A stretch of DNA of 32,000 nucleotides, from the NCBI RefSeq assembly GCF_000014265.1, contig NC_008312.1:6300001-6332000 (forward strand). The letters are read 5' to 3'. Below are positions 1 through 8,738 of this stretch, piece after piece; the stretch's first letter is position 1; every line of letters begins with the position of its first letter. Source of the DNA: Trichodesmium erythraeum IMS101. GTDB taxonomy: Bacteria; Cyanobacteriota; Cyanobacteriia; Cyanobacteriales; Microcoleaceae. The notes below the pieces were generated by a model, which ran no database searches, was not told the origin of the DNA, and saw nothing but the letters and a program-made list of their open reading frames with translations. The position numbers were made by a program, and so were the translations under genes.

Positions 1-399
1 ACAGCTTTAGAAGGCAAGATTTCTGAAGCTAAGGCTAAGAAAGATATTTTGAACGCGAGATTAAAAGCTGCTAAAACTCAGGAGCAACTAAATAACACAA
101 TAGGTTCTCTTAATAATAGCGGAGCAATGGCTGCTTTTGAACGGATGGAAGAAAAGGTGTTTCAAATGGAGGCTCGTTCCCAAGCTTCAGCAGAATTAGC
201 TGGTGTTGGCTTAGAAGAGGATTTTCGAAAGTTAGAAGCTAGTAGTGATGTTGATGATGAGTTGGCAGCGATGAAAGCAAAACTGGTAGGGGGTTCAGTA
301 AACCAGAGTCAATTACCAGCTTCATCACAAGGGTCAGCAGAAAAATCGGTTGTTGATGATGAACTAGAGGATTTACGTAAACAACTTGACAAAACGTAA
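1..399 (+). CDS. vipp1: 3' part (132 codons + stop) of a Vipp1/IM30 (PspA-family) gene, cut by the window edge. It is the upstream tandem paralogue of the 673..1437 gene.
   Basis: Frame 1 is open from base 1 (TALEGKISEAKAKKDILNARLK...VDDELEDLRKQLDKT*). Nt 1-399 align without indels to 1039-1437 (offset 1038); I count 13 substitutions. It carries the Vipp1-type C-terminal extension beyond the PspA core. Confidence 0.85.
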   Translation, partial: TALEGKISEAKAKKDILNARLKAAKTQEQLNNTIGSLNNSGAMAAFERMEEKVFQMEARSQASAELAGVGLEEDFRKLEASSDVDDELAAMKAKLVGGSVNQSQLPASSQGSAEKSVVDDELEDLRKQLDKT

Positions 400-480
400 A
401 CTTTATTTTAGATAAAAATTTTACCTTTAAGCAATACCTTTAGCTTTGATAGATATTTAGCTTTTCTGAGGAGAAATTCT

Positions 481-523
481 ACGGGCACTAGTATAATTAT
501 TGACTGGTACGTCCGTTTTTTTT
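481..523 (+). terminator. Rho-independent terminator of the upstream vipp1 copy
   Basis: Lower stem ACGGGC(481-486)/GTCCGT(511-516) with one G-U pair. Upper stem CTAGT(488-492)/ACTGG(503-507). Followed by a T8 run (516-523). The same two-helix structure is conserved after the second copy. Confidence 0.6.
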
Positions 524-672
524 ATCTCGGAGTATCCTTAGAATAATAATATTATAACTAAATACTTAATCATAACATCTAAAATCAAAAAAAATTAAAA
601 AGTTACTATAGAAGGGCGAGGCAATAGAGGCAAACTTTTCGCGCTTTGTCAATTAAAAGGAAATATAAAATT

Positions 673-1437
673 ATGGGATTATTTGATCGGATTAGTCGTA
701 TCGCTAGAGCTAATGTTAACGATATAGTAAATAAGGCTGAAGATCCTGAAAAGGTTCTAGAACAGTCTATTATTGATATGCAAGAAGACTTGGTTCAGTT
801 GCGCCAGGCAGTTGCTAGTGCTATTGCTACTCAGAAGCGCACCCAACAACAGCACAAACAAGCTGAGTCTCAAGCTCAGCAATGGTACTCCCGAGCAGAG
901 TTAGCTCTGAAAAAGGGAGATGATAATTTGGCAAAGGAAGCTCTACAGCGTAAGACAACTTATTCTGATACTGCTAGCACTATAAAAGTATCTTTAGAGA
1001 GTCAAACATCTCAGGTGGAAACCCTAAAAAGAAATCTAACAGCTTTAGAAGGCAAGATTTCTGAAGCTAAGGCTAAGAAAGATATTTTGAACGCGAGATT
1101 AAAAGCTGCTAAAACTCAGGAGCAACTAAATAACACAATAGGTTCTCTTAATACTAGCGGGGCAATGGCCGCTTTTGACAGGATGGAAGAAAAGGTACTT
1201 CAAATGGAGGCTCGTTCCCAAGCTTCAGCAGAATTAGCTGGTGCTGGCTTAGAAGAGGATTTTCGACAGTTAGAAGCTAATAGTGATGTTGATGATGAGT
1301 TGGCAGCGATGAAAGCAAAACTGGTAGGGGGTTCAGTAAACCAGAGTCAATTACCAGCTTCATCACAAGGGTCAGTAGAAAAACCGGTTGTTGATGATGA
1401 ACTAGAGGATTTACGTAAACAACTTGACAAAATGTAA
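673..1437 (+). CDS. vipp1: Vipp1 / IM30 (vesicle-inducing protein in plastids 1; PspA/ESCRT-III-like family), full length, 254 aa
   Basis: The canonical PspA/Vipp1 N-terminus MGLFDRISRIARANVNDIVNKAEDPEKVLEQSIIDMQEDLVQLRQ starts at ATG 673. The track ORF begins earlier, at TTG 646. Coiled-coil core followed by the C-terminal extension ...VDDELEDLRKQLDKM. Confidence 0.92.
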   Translation: MGLFDRISRIARANVNDIVNKAEDPEKVLEQSIIDMQEDLVQLRQAVASAIATQKRTQQQHKQAESQAQQWYSRAELALKKGDDNLAKEALQRKTTYSDTASTIKVSLESQTSQVETLKRNLTALEGKISEAKAKKDILNARLKAAKTQEQLNNTIGSLNTSGAMAAFDRMEEKVLQMEARSQASAELAGAGLEEDFRQLEANSDVDDELAAMKAKLVGGSVNQSQLPASSQGSVEKPVVDDELEDLRKQLDKM

Positions 1438-1560
1438 ACTTTGTTTTACGCAAGTTTTAATTTTTCAGCAATACCTTTAGCTTTGATAAATATTTAGCTT
1501 TTCTGAGGACAAATTATACGGACGCTAGTATAGTCTTTGACTGGTGTGTCCGTTTTTTGC
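1039..1560 (+). repeat. Copy B of the tandem duplication; partner is 1..525
   Basis: See copy A. Confidence 0.9.
1518..1558 (+). terminator. Rho-independent terminator of the downstream vipp1 copy
   Basis: Stem ACGGAC(1518-1523)/GTCCGT(1548-1553). Upper stem CTAGT(1525-1529)/ACTGG(1540-1544). T6 run at 1553-1558. The G-U pair of copy A is an A-U pair here. Confidence 0.6.
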
Positions 1561-2089
1561 CTCTTACTTCCTTTAGGGAGCTAATTTAATTAATATTTAT
1601 TATAATATACGTCCCATAGCTACCTTTGGGATAGTGACTCATTACGAGACTTTAATTATCTTCCTGTTCGTCCACTTGTCAATCTCTGCTAGAAATCTCA
1701 CTCATTTGGTAGTTAGAGCTTTGATTCCATTTAGACCAGCTTCGGGGATTGATGTTCAATCTCTACCCCATGGCCTACCCTGTCAACCTAACAACAAGGC
1801 GATAGGAATTTCAACTATAAAGTAATAACAGTTATTCACAAGTCGAGTCTGTCCTCATGTAGTGACTTGGGACGGCCATTTATATCCTGATTGAAGGCTT
1901 AGTGGCCAACAATTCCCATACAATTTTCTAGTGCAGTGTCAGGTTAGTCAACTTTATCTTTATATAGCTTGTACAAATAGAAATCTCACTTTTTGGTATA
2001 TTCTAGCTAAAAACAGAGTAGAATCTCTAGTTCAAAATACCTTAAATTGTAACTGTGTAAGTTTTTTAGATTTAATTAGCAAGCTCTAA

Positions 2090-3325
2090 TCAATAATTCT
2101 CAGGTTTTAATTTGTAATATTTTGGCTCCAGTCCTTCCTCGCGTAATCTTTGAAGAAAGATTTTTGCCCTTTCTGGCTCCGGAAATGCTCCCATCTGTAT
2201 TTTGATACCATTAGTCGTTTCACGAATATAAGCATCCGAAATTATTTGCCGTGCTTGAGACAAAGATTCTTCATTCCCATAATCTACAACTACATAGTAC
2301 CAACCATCATCTGATTTTATGGGATTAGTTATCTTTGAACTAATAGAAATTTGTGGGGAAGGTTTAGCTATTGGCGATGGAGTTGGAGAAGATTGAGTAT
2401 TTTCAGGCCATAAAGTAGTCTTGAGATTATCCAACTGTGCAATTGAACTATTAGTAAGTTGTGGAGCATTATTAACACTTCCCGATATTTGTGGTGGAAC
2501 AACTGGTTTGACTGTTGCAGTAGGGGATGGGAACTGACTAGGTGATGGGTCAATGTTACTTAGAGTATTCAAATCTAAATCTACAAATTCAACAGAAGCC
2601 AAGTCAGGGGAATTCGGTAAAGGCTGCTCATTTGTACTTGGAAGATCATCAGTGTTTTTTTGAGCAGAAGAACCTTTCAACAGACGGTCTAAACCTAAAC
2701 CCAGATTACTTAGACCTGATGGGTTAAGAACAACATGACCCAAAGTCGCACAAGAGATCAAAAACAAAAACATAGAAACTATTCCCAGAGGAGTAAACAA
2801 ACTTGTTAAGTAAGTAGATTTCTTCTGACGATTTGATTTTAATGTATCTAAACCTTCTAGAAGTTTCTCTGAAGATTCAAGATAATTATTTGGTGCTATT
2901 GAACTATCATTATTTAATTGAGATGTTTGTTTCTCACTATTATGATTTTCTACATCGCCTTTTTTGGGTATAGGATCTTCTTTTGGTGTGGGAGGATCGT
3001 ACACTAATGGTACACTTTCTTTGGTAGAAGTATTAAAATTTTCAGAGTTTTCCAGCGGCCGCGGTGTATCGGTTTCAGATAATGGCAACGAGGATACTGT
3101 TTGGTTATCCACTGGTAATACAGACATTAATTCGGGTATTTTATAAATTTGTTTATTACTATTTTTATTAGGAACTGACGAATTTTCTGCTTGTCTACGG
3201 TACTTGCGATATCTTGTTAGTTCTGCTTCTAACTCTACATCCAAATTTTCAATTACAGCTTGTAAAGTTGGATTCAATTCCTGGGTAGAATTTTTAGTAT
3301 ATTTAACTATAGAACTTTGATTCAT
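2090..3325 (-). CDS. Membrane-anchored SPOR-domain protein with a long S/P/T/N-rich linker
   Basis: ATG with AGGAG 7 nt upstream. Charged N-terminus (LEAELTRYRKYRR). One TM helix (LFTPLGIVSMFLFLISCATLGHVV). Low-complexity Pro/Ser region. The C-terminal ~70 aa fit the SPOR pattern (WYYVVVDYGNEESLSQARQII..IKIQMGAFPEPERAKIFLQRLREEGL). Confidence 0.75.
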   Translation of the reverse strand: MNQSSIVKYTKNSTQELNPTLQAVIENLDVELEAELTRYRKYRRQAENSSVPNKNSNKQIYKIPELMSVLPVDNQTVSSLPLSETDTPRPLENSENFNTSTKESVPLVYDPPTPKEDPIPKKGDVENHNSEKQTSQLNNDSSIAPNNYLESSEKLLEGLDTLKSNRQKKSTYLTSLFTPLGIVSMFLFLISCATLGHVVLNPSGLSNLGLGLDRLLKGSSAQKNTDDLPSTNEQPLPNSPDLASVEFVDLDLNTLSNIDPSPSQFPSPTATVKPVVPPQISGSVNNAPQLTNSSIAQLDNLKTTLWPENTQSSPTPSPIAKPSPQISISSKITNPIKSDDGWYYVVVDYGNEESLSQARQIISDAYIRETTNGIKIQMGAFPEPERAKIFLQRLREEGLEPKYYKLKPENY

Positions 3326-3538
3326 TTAAGAACTCCTACTAGTTATATTAATTGAAAAAGATTTGGCGTGGCTATTTTGGCTTTTTCAAGCTCCCTTGCA
3401 AGTTCTAGCTAACCCAAAAAACCTTCAAGTTTGGGTATTTAAACCATAGTGTATAGTACTAAAGCCAGTATCTAGATTAGATTTATTTTGTGAGTAAAGC
3501 TTATATAAATAGTTTAACTGTTAGACAAAATTTCAGGT

Positions 3539-4093
3539 ATGGATTTTCAATCTCTCAATCAAATTTTAGCCTCTCTCAAAATTATGGAGCGATCGCCCCA
3601 ACAAAAACAGTTTCAAAAAGTAATGGAATGTTGGGAACAACTTTTAGGCACTCTGGCTATAAATACTCAACCTCTATATATTAAGCGGGAAATTTTATAT
3701 GTAGCAACCTCAAGCGCTACTTTGTCTACTGAACTTAGTTTTCAGGTTCCCCAACTTTTACAGAAGCTCAATCACCTTTTGCCCAAACCTCTGGATAATA
3801 TCCGGTTTTCTAGTGCTCATTACCGTACCTATCATCGGAATAAATTAGTAGATACTGAAAAAAATGATTGGCTAGAACACCCTAGTATGATTTCTAAGTC
3901 TGAAAAACTACCCTTGCTAAAATCAACTCACAAAAATCAGAGTCCTCAGACCACATTTGAAAATTGGGCGAAAGCTGTCAAAGCTCGGTCCCAGCTTTTA
4001 CCTATATGTCCTGAATGCCAATCTCCCACACCTCCTGGAGAAATTCAACGTTGGTCTGTCTGTGCAATTTGTGCCACGAAAAAGTGGTCATAA
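3539..4093 (+). CDS. DUF721-family protein (DciA-like) with a C-terminal CxxC...CxxC zinc ribbon
   Basis: The DUF721 pattern as I recall it: LNQILASL...QQKQFQKVMECWEQLLG..IA..TQPLYIKREILYVATSSATLSTELSFQVPQLLQKLN...LDNIRF. The C-terminus has CPECQSP...VCAICATKKW. Confidence 0.6.
   Translation: MDFQSLNQILASLKIMERSPQQKQFQKVMECWEQLLGTLAINTQPLYIKREILYVATSSATLSTELSFQVPQLLQKLNHLLPKPLDNIRFSSAHYRTYHRNKLVDTEKNDWLEHPSMISKSEKLPLLKSTHKNQSPQTTFENWAKAVKARSQLLPICPECQSPTPPGEIQRWSVCAICATKKWS
3589..3596. repeat. HIP1 octamer GCGATCGC
   Basis: Exact palindromic octamer read in the sequence. Confidence 0.95.
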
Positions 4094-5040
4094 GCAGACT
4101 AAGAAAAGTCATCAACACAAAACTTGACCCAAAAATAAAACAAATCAAGTAAGCTGATGATTTGTATGTTGCAATTACCAACAGCATTGGAAAAAATAGA
4201 GTATCTGTACCTATCTGAATCTCGGTTTTTTATGGGGAGCAAGCTTAAGTTATACCTATTACTTGAAAATACCCTCGAACAAATAAAGGGTCGTGGCCGT
4301 AGATAGATTAAGTATTATTGGCTTTCTCCAACTTTTAATCAGTTTTGTTTACGGTTTAGTAATTGGCAATTTTGAGAGCAAATCTTACATCTAAATAATG
4401 GAACATGAAGCTGAGCAAGCCTGGGCATACTAGGATCACTTTTCAGAATAAGGGACTAATAAATTAATGTTGAGGGGTACAGCAATTATAGACAAAGCGG
4501 GACAGTTTTGGGTTGTATATATTCTTTTTACCTAAGTACTGCTCAGAAATAAACCCAATTTAGGAAGAGTTACAGCATCTCAAATAAAGATTTATCTTGT
4601 CAAATGGTTTGAGTTTTCACTTAAAGCAAGCTTTAAAAATAATTGATGGTATTTAGACTAGGGGAGAAAAGAAAAATTACAGCACAGAAAGTTTTACCGT
4701 AGATTTCGGGCAAATGATGTATGGAGTGAATAGTGAAAATCATGTAACGCTAGCATCTTACCCGCGTAGCTGTAACTTATAACAACGGAAAGCGCTGTAA
4801 ATTTCACTCAAATAAAACTAGTTCAAATTTTTTTACAAATATGAGGGTGATCGGTGGGAGATGAAATGCACCTATCACATCTTTGAACAAATAATCTCTA
4901 TTAAAGGTTTGAATAATAATTCAAGCAAATTCTCCACGCTTTTGCTAAGTCTATCTTGTAGCTTACTTTTCATTGATTAATTTTTGGTATTATCGGCGAT
5001 CGTATTGGCTGATTGAGGATTTAGCTAAATTAGGACTTAG

Positions 5041-5068
5041 GCGGGTAAACCGATAAACCCGCTTTTTT
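5041..5068 (+). terminator. Orphan rho-independent terminator; no annotated gene lies upstream within about 950 nt
   Basis: GCGGGT(5041-5046) aaaccgataa ACCCGC(5057-5062) followed by T6 (5063-5068). The complementary strand has no U-tail, so it acts on + only. Confidence 0.6.
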
Positions 5069-5554
5069 AGTAGATCTCTAAAAACAACTATTTACTCTAA
5101 AAACCAGGGTATCTATGGGTAATTCCTATAAACTTTAAAATCTGATAATTATTACTGGTAAAACGTAATTGAAAAAAAAATAATTAATATAAATTAATCA
5201 ATTGTGGAAAATTTTTGATTTTTTTCAGTTTTTATTTATGGGTTTATAGCCTAAAATATTGCAAAGTAATTCTTGAAAATATTGTTTATTTTACTTTGAT
5301 ATGAATTACATTTTTAATTGATCCCTATTAAGTTTTACCCGTATGTGTATTAATAAACACATCCATTTTTAATTACTTTTACAGATGATGTATCTATATA
5401 TCAAGTAATTATAAAAATAATATAAAGTTTTATATTTTAATAAAAATATTAAGAAACTACATGTCAGAATGTATTTTATAAGCTCAAATAATGAGTCATT
5501 TAGATTCAAAATAATTAAAATCAAGTGATATAAATTTTTAGTTAGGAAAATTTT

Positions 5555-5845
5555 ATGAAATCTAAATCTACTTTAGTTTGTCGTCATTGTCGATACTATT
5601 CACCAGAAGGAAGACGTGGTGGTTTTTGCCAAAAGTTAATGGCAGGAGTTGAAAGTAACTGGAAAGCCTGTTCACTGGCTCTGTCTCCTTTTGCCACATC
5701 CTGGGAAAATCTGAATGATACAGTTATGTGGAATCAGAAAATTGATCAAACATTAGAAGTAGTATTGCCCCTGCAACCTACTACTAATAACTTTTATCAA
5801 ATAAATAATATGATTGGAGTTGCTTCTTATCATCAAGAAATTTAA
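5555..5845 (+). CDS. Small Cys-motif protein (96 aa), function unknown
   Basis: ATG preceded by AGGAAAA. N-terminal motif CRHCRYYSPEGRRGGFCQKL..VESNWKACSLALSPF (four Cys, CxxC...C...C). The C-terminal half is low-complexity. Confidence 0.5.
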   Translation: MKSKSTLVCRHCRYYSPEGRRGGFCQKLMAGVESNWKACSLALSPFATSWENLNDTVMWNQKIDQTLEVVLPLQPTTNNFYQINNMIGVASYHQEI

Positions 5846-6326
5846 GTACAGATTTAACATTTTCCCAGGGATAAAGAGGAATTCCTTTCAAGCCGTAGCT
5901 CCTCAGTGGGTTGAAATTTAATTATGTGAAGCACCCCTCCACCCCTCCAAGCTACCTACATCCTCTCCTGGGAGACCTTGGATAATTATTACTGTTTGTT
6001 TACTATTGAGATTTTTAAGTATACCAGAAACATTCAAATCTACTGAAATAATTGTTTGGTTTTCACGAATTATTTTAGTAGACAACTGATGATCGAAAAT
6101 CTATTCTAGTATCTTTGAAATTAAGCTATTTTCACCACTACTTTTTCATACTTTTTAGACCCTTTGCTTTTCCTAACTTTTCTACATTTTATTGAATAGA
6201 AAAGTGGGGTAATATAACTACTGATCGTATCACGACTAATCCGAATTATAGCACTTGCTTGGGTCTTATTAATCCCATGTTATAAACTCAAATTAATGGA
6301 TACTATGATCAAATTTTTATCAGAGC

Positions 6327-6363
6327 AAAATTAAATAAAAGTCGCCCCGAAGAGACGAGGCTT
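6327..6363 (-). terminator. Candidate menB terminator
   Basis: On the minus strand: CCTCG tctctt CGGGG (one G-U) followed by cgacTTTTaTTTaaTTTT, about 50 nt after the menB stop. The stem is short. Confidence 0.3.
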
Positions 6364-6412
6364 TATAAGCAATTTGCTGTTAATGAAAAATGCTAGACAA
6401 GTGGCACAAAGG

Positions 6413-7261
6413 TCACGGTAGCCAAGGATATTTACGAAAGTCTGGAGACCGTTTTTCTAAAAACGCCTTTTTACCTTCAGCTCCTTCCTCTGTCATGTAA
6501 TAAAGAAGAGTAGCATTACCTGCCAATTCTTGTAGACCAGCTTGTCCATCACAATCAGCATTAAAAGCTGCTTTGAGACAACGAATAGCGATCGGGCTTT
6601 TTGCCAAAATTTCAAATGCCCACTTAATACCTTCTGTTTCTAACTCCTCTACTGGTACAACACAATTAACCAAACCCATGTCTAAAGCTTGTTCAGCTGT
6701 GTATTGCCGACAGAGAAACCAAATTTCTCGTGCTTTTTTCTGACCAACAATTCTTGCTAAATAACTAGCCCCAAAGCCTCCATCAAAACTACCTACCTTG
6801 GGGCCAGTTTGACCAAAAATTGCATTATCTGCGGCAATAGTTAGGTCACAAATAATATGCAAAACATGGCCTCCACCAATAGCATATCCAGCTACTAAAG
6901 CTATGACAACTTTAGGCATGGAACGAATTAACCGTTGTAAGTCCAAGACATTCAACCGTGGCACTCCGGCCTCATCTACATAACCTGCTGTACCTCGTAC
7001 ACTTTGGTCTCCACCAGAACAGAAAGCATATTTACCGTCTTTATGGGGTCCCGCACCTGTCAACAAAACCACTCCAATATTAGGGTCTTCACGAGCGTCA
7101 ACAAAAGCATCATAAAGTTCAAATACAGTTTTAGGGCGAAAGGCATTACGTTTGTGAGGACGATTAATAGTTATTTTGGCAATTCCATCAGTTTTGTGGT
7201 AAAGAATATCGTTATACTCTTTAACAACTTGCCATTCTACTTGTGAAAGCTGATTACTCAT
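6413..7261 (-). CDS. menB: 1,4-dihydroxy-2-naphthoyl-CoA synthase (naphthoate synthase; phylloquinone/menaquinone pathway)
   Basis: Near-complete motif match to the MenB crotonase family: [77 protein letters not shown], ends ..[16 protein letters not shown]. Start chosen at ATG 7261 (MSNQ...). ATG 7276 or TTG 7291 are possible alternatives. Confidence 0.95.
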   Translation of the reverse strand: MSNQLSQVEWQVVKEYNDILYHKTDGIAKITINRPHKRNAFRPKTVFELYDAFVDAREDPNIGVVLLTGAGPHKDGKYAFCSGGDQSVRGTAGYVDEAGVPRLNVLDLQRLIRSMPKVVIALVAGYAIGGGHVLHIICDLTIAADNAIFGQTGPKVGSFDGGFGASYLARIVGQKKAREIWFLCRQYTAEQALDMGLVNCVVPVEELETEGIKWAFEILAKSPIAIRCLKAAFNADCDGQAGLQELAGNATLLYYMTEEGAEGKKAFLEKRSPDFRKYPWLP

Positions 7262-7536
7262 ATATCTAATATTCATAATGTTGCTCAACAAATATAACCC
7301 AAAAAACTTCTCTAAATAGGCTACGGTTTAATGGGGGTCAGTGCACGGAAAGCATTTGTTAAACCTCTATATCATTTCCCTTAAGCTATGTAGGGCAGTA
7401 TTGAATCGGGGAAAATGAAATGATTTGAGTTGTCTGTCTAAATGATATCATAAGTAAAGCAAGGAGCATAGTTTTAACCTGCTTCAAGCAACGGCCTCGA
7501 TCAACATCTGGTTTTAAACCATGGAGAACTCAAAGC

Positions 7537-8007
7537 ATGATTGACGATCCAAGTTATCTGGTCCATAAAAAATGGATGAGTCGGGTATTAGAATTGGCCA
7601 AAACTGCTGGTGATGCTGGAGAGGTACCAGTAGCTGCTGCTGTAGTTAACTCAGATGGTAAGTTAGTTACAGAAGCTCAGAATCGACGAGAACGAGATTT
7701 TGACCCTACTGGTCATGCAGAAATATTGGCTTTACGACAAGCAGGACAAGTTTTGCAGAATTGGCACTTAAATCAATGTACTCTTTACGTTAATCTCGAA
7801 CCTTGTCCAATGTGTACAGGGGCCATCTTGCAGGCAAGAATAGGTTTATTGGTCTACGGAGCGGACGATCCGAAAACTGGCACAGTTCGCACTGTGGCTA
7901 ATTTTCCAGATAGTGTTTTTTCTAATCATCGTTTGTCTGTATTAGGGGGAATAATGGAAGGTGCTTGCCGTCAACAATTACAGTCTTGGTTTGCTAAGTT
8001 TAGATAA
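7537..8007 (+). CDS. tadA: tRNA adenosine(34) deaminase
   Basis: CDA-fold zinc motifs HAEILALRQAG and LEPCPMCTGAI. Size of 156 aa is typical of TadA. Confidence 0.9.
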   Translation: MIDDPSYLVHKKWMSRVLELAKTAGDAGEVPVAAAVVNSDGKLVTEAQNRRERDFDPTGHAEILALRQAGQVLQNWHLNQCTLYVNLEPCPMCTGAILQARIGLLVYGADDPKTGTVRTVANFPDSVFSNHRLSVLGGIMEGACRQQLQSWFAKFR

Positions 8008-8306
8008 TAGGAAAAGAAATCAATTGTGTTGTGAAATTCACTCTAATCTAGTCGCTTAAATATTATTTGTGGTTCTGGAAAAAAACGGGCAGCAAACTTA
8101 ACTATGGTTTTAGAGGCAGCAGTAAAAAATATCAATGGGTAGTAAATTAGATAGTAAGAAAAAAGAAAAAATAGATCAAATATCTAAATAATCGGGATGA
8201 ATTCAGGATATTGATATAATTTTTCATACAGGTAAGGTATTTTACTTCTTAATACTCTGAAAAAAAAATCAGAAAAAAGATATATATTATCTCAGGTATT
8301 TTGTCT

Positions 8307-8738
8307 ATGAAGTTAGCATCAGAAGATTTAATCCCTAATTTCCAACCTAGCCAAATTGTTTGTTTGGAATATGAGTATACTTATTTATATGCGACAGTAA
8401 TTCAGAACTTGGTAACACGAAAAATGTGTTGGGTTCGCCCTTTATTATTAAAAGTATTTGCTTCAGAAAGTAAGTCTGAAAATCATGAAGAAAATTCCGG
8501 AAAATTTACTATTTGGGATTTGCGAGAAGGTGCAGATTTAGTCTGGCCGATTTGTCTATTTAGAGAAGCTATTGATACAGAGTTTATTCCTCTTTTAACT
8601 GAATTAGAGTCCTTAGATAGTCAAGAGAAAGACCAGCCGGTATCACATCAAAAATTAAAACATTTTATTAGAAATGTTTGGCAAGCTTATCCTGATGTTT
8701 TTCCTGTAGTTGAAAGTTCATATTTGAATTTAAGTTAG
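8307..8738 (+). CDS. Hypothetical protein (143 aa from ATG 8307; the track ORF starts at TTG 8301)
   Basis: Clean ORF with ordinary composition and no motif I recognise. Confidence 0.45.
   Translation: MKLASEDLIPNFQPSQIVCLEYEYTYLYATVIQNLVTRKMCWVRPLLLKVFASESKSENHEENSGKFTIWDLREGADLVWPICLFREAIDTEFIPLLTELESLDSQEKDQPVSHQKLKHFIRNVWQAYPDVFPVVESSYLNLS

Larger units (their letters stand above)
1..525 (+). repeat. Copy A of the tandem duplication (CDS 3' half + 3' UTR + terminator); partner is 1039..1560
   Basis: Direct read-off alignment. The coding part is about 97% identical. The 3' UTR is still recognisable (gcaatacctttagctttgata.atatttagcttttctgagga) but has indels. Similarity fades after the T-tract. 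Confidence 0.9.

Noticed and set aside
1634-1825. 63-aa + strand ORF downstream of vipp1
   Set aside because: It has a GTG start without an SD, a composition unlike the neighbouring genes, and no recognisable motif. The region is better treated as non-coding (see the direct-repeat finding).
8232-8245. GTA-N8-TAC (NtcA-box consensus) upstream of the 8307 ORF
   Set aside because: There is no TAN3T -10 box at the required ~22-nt spacing downstream. A single such palindrome is expected by chance in AT-rich DNA.
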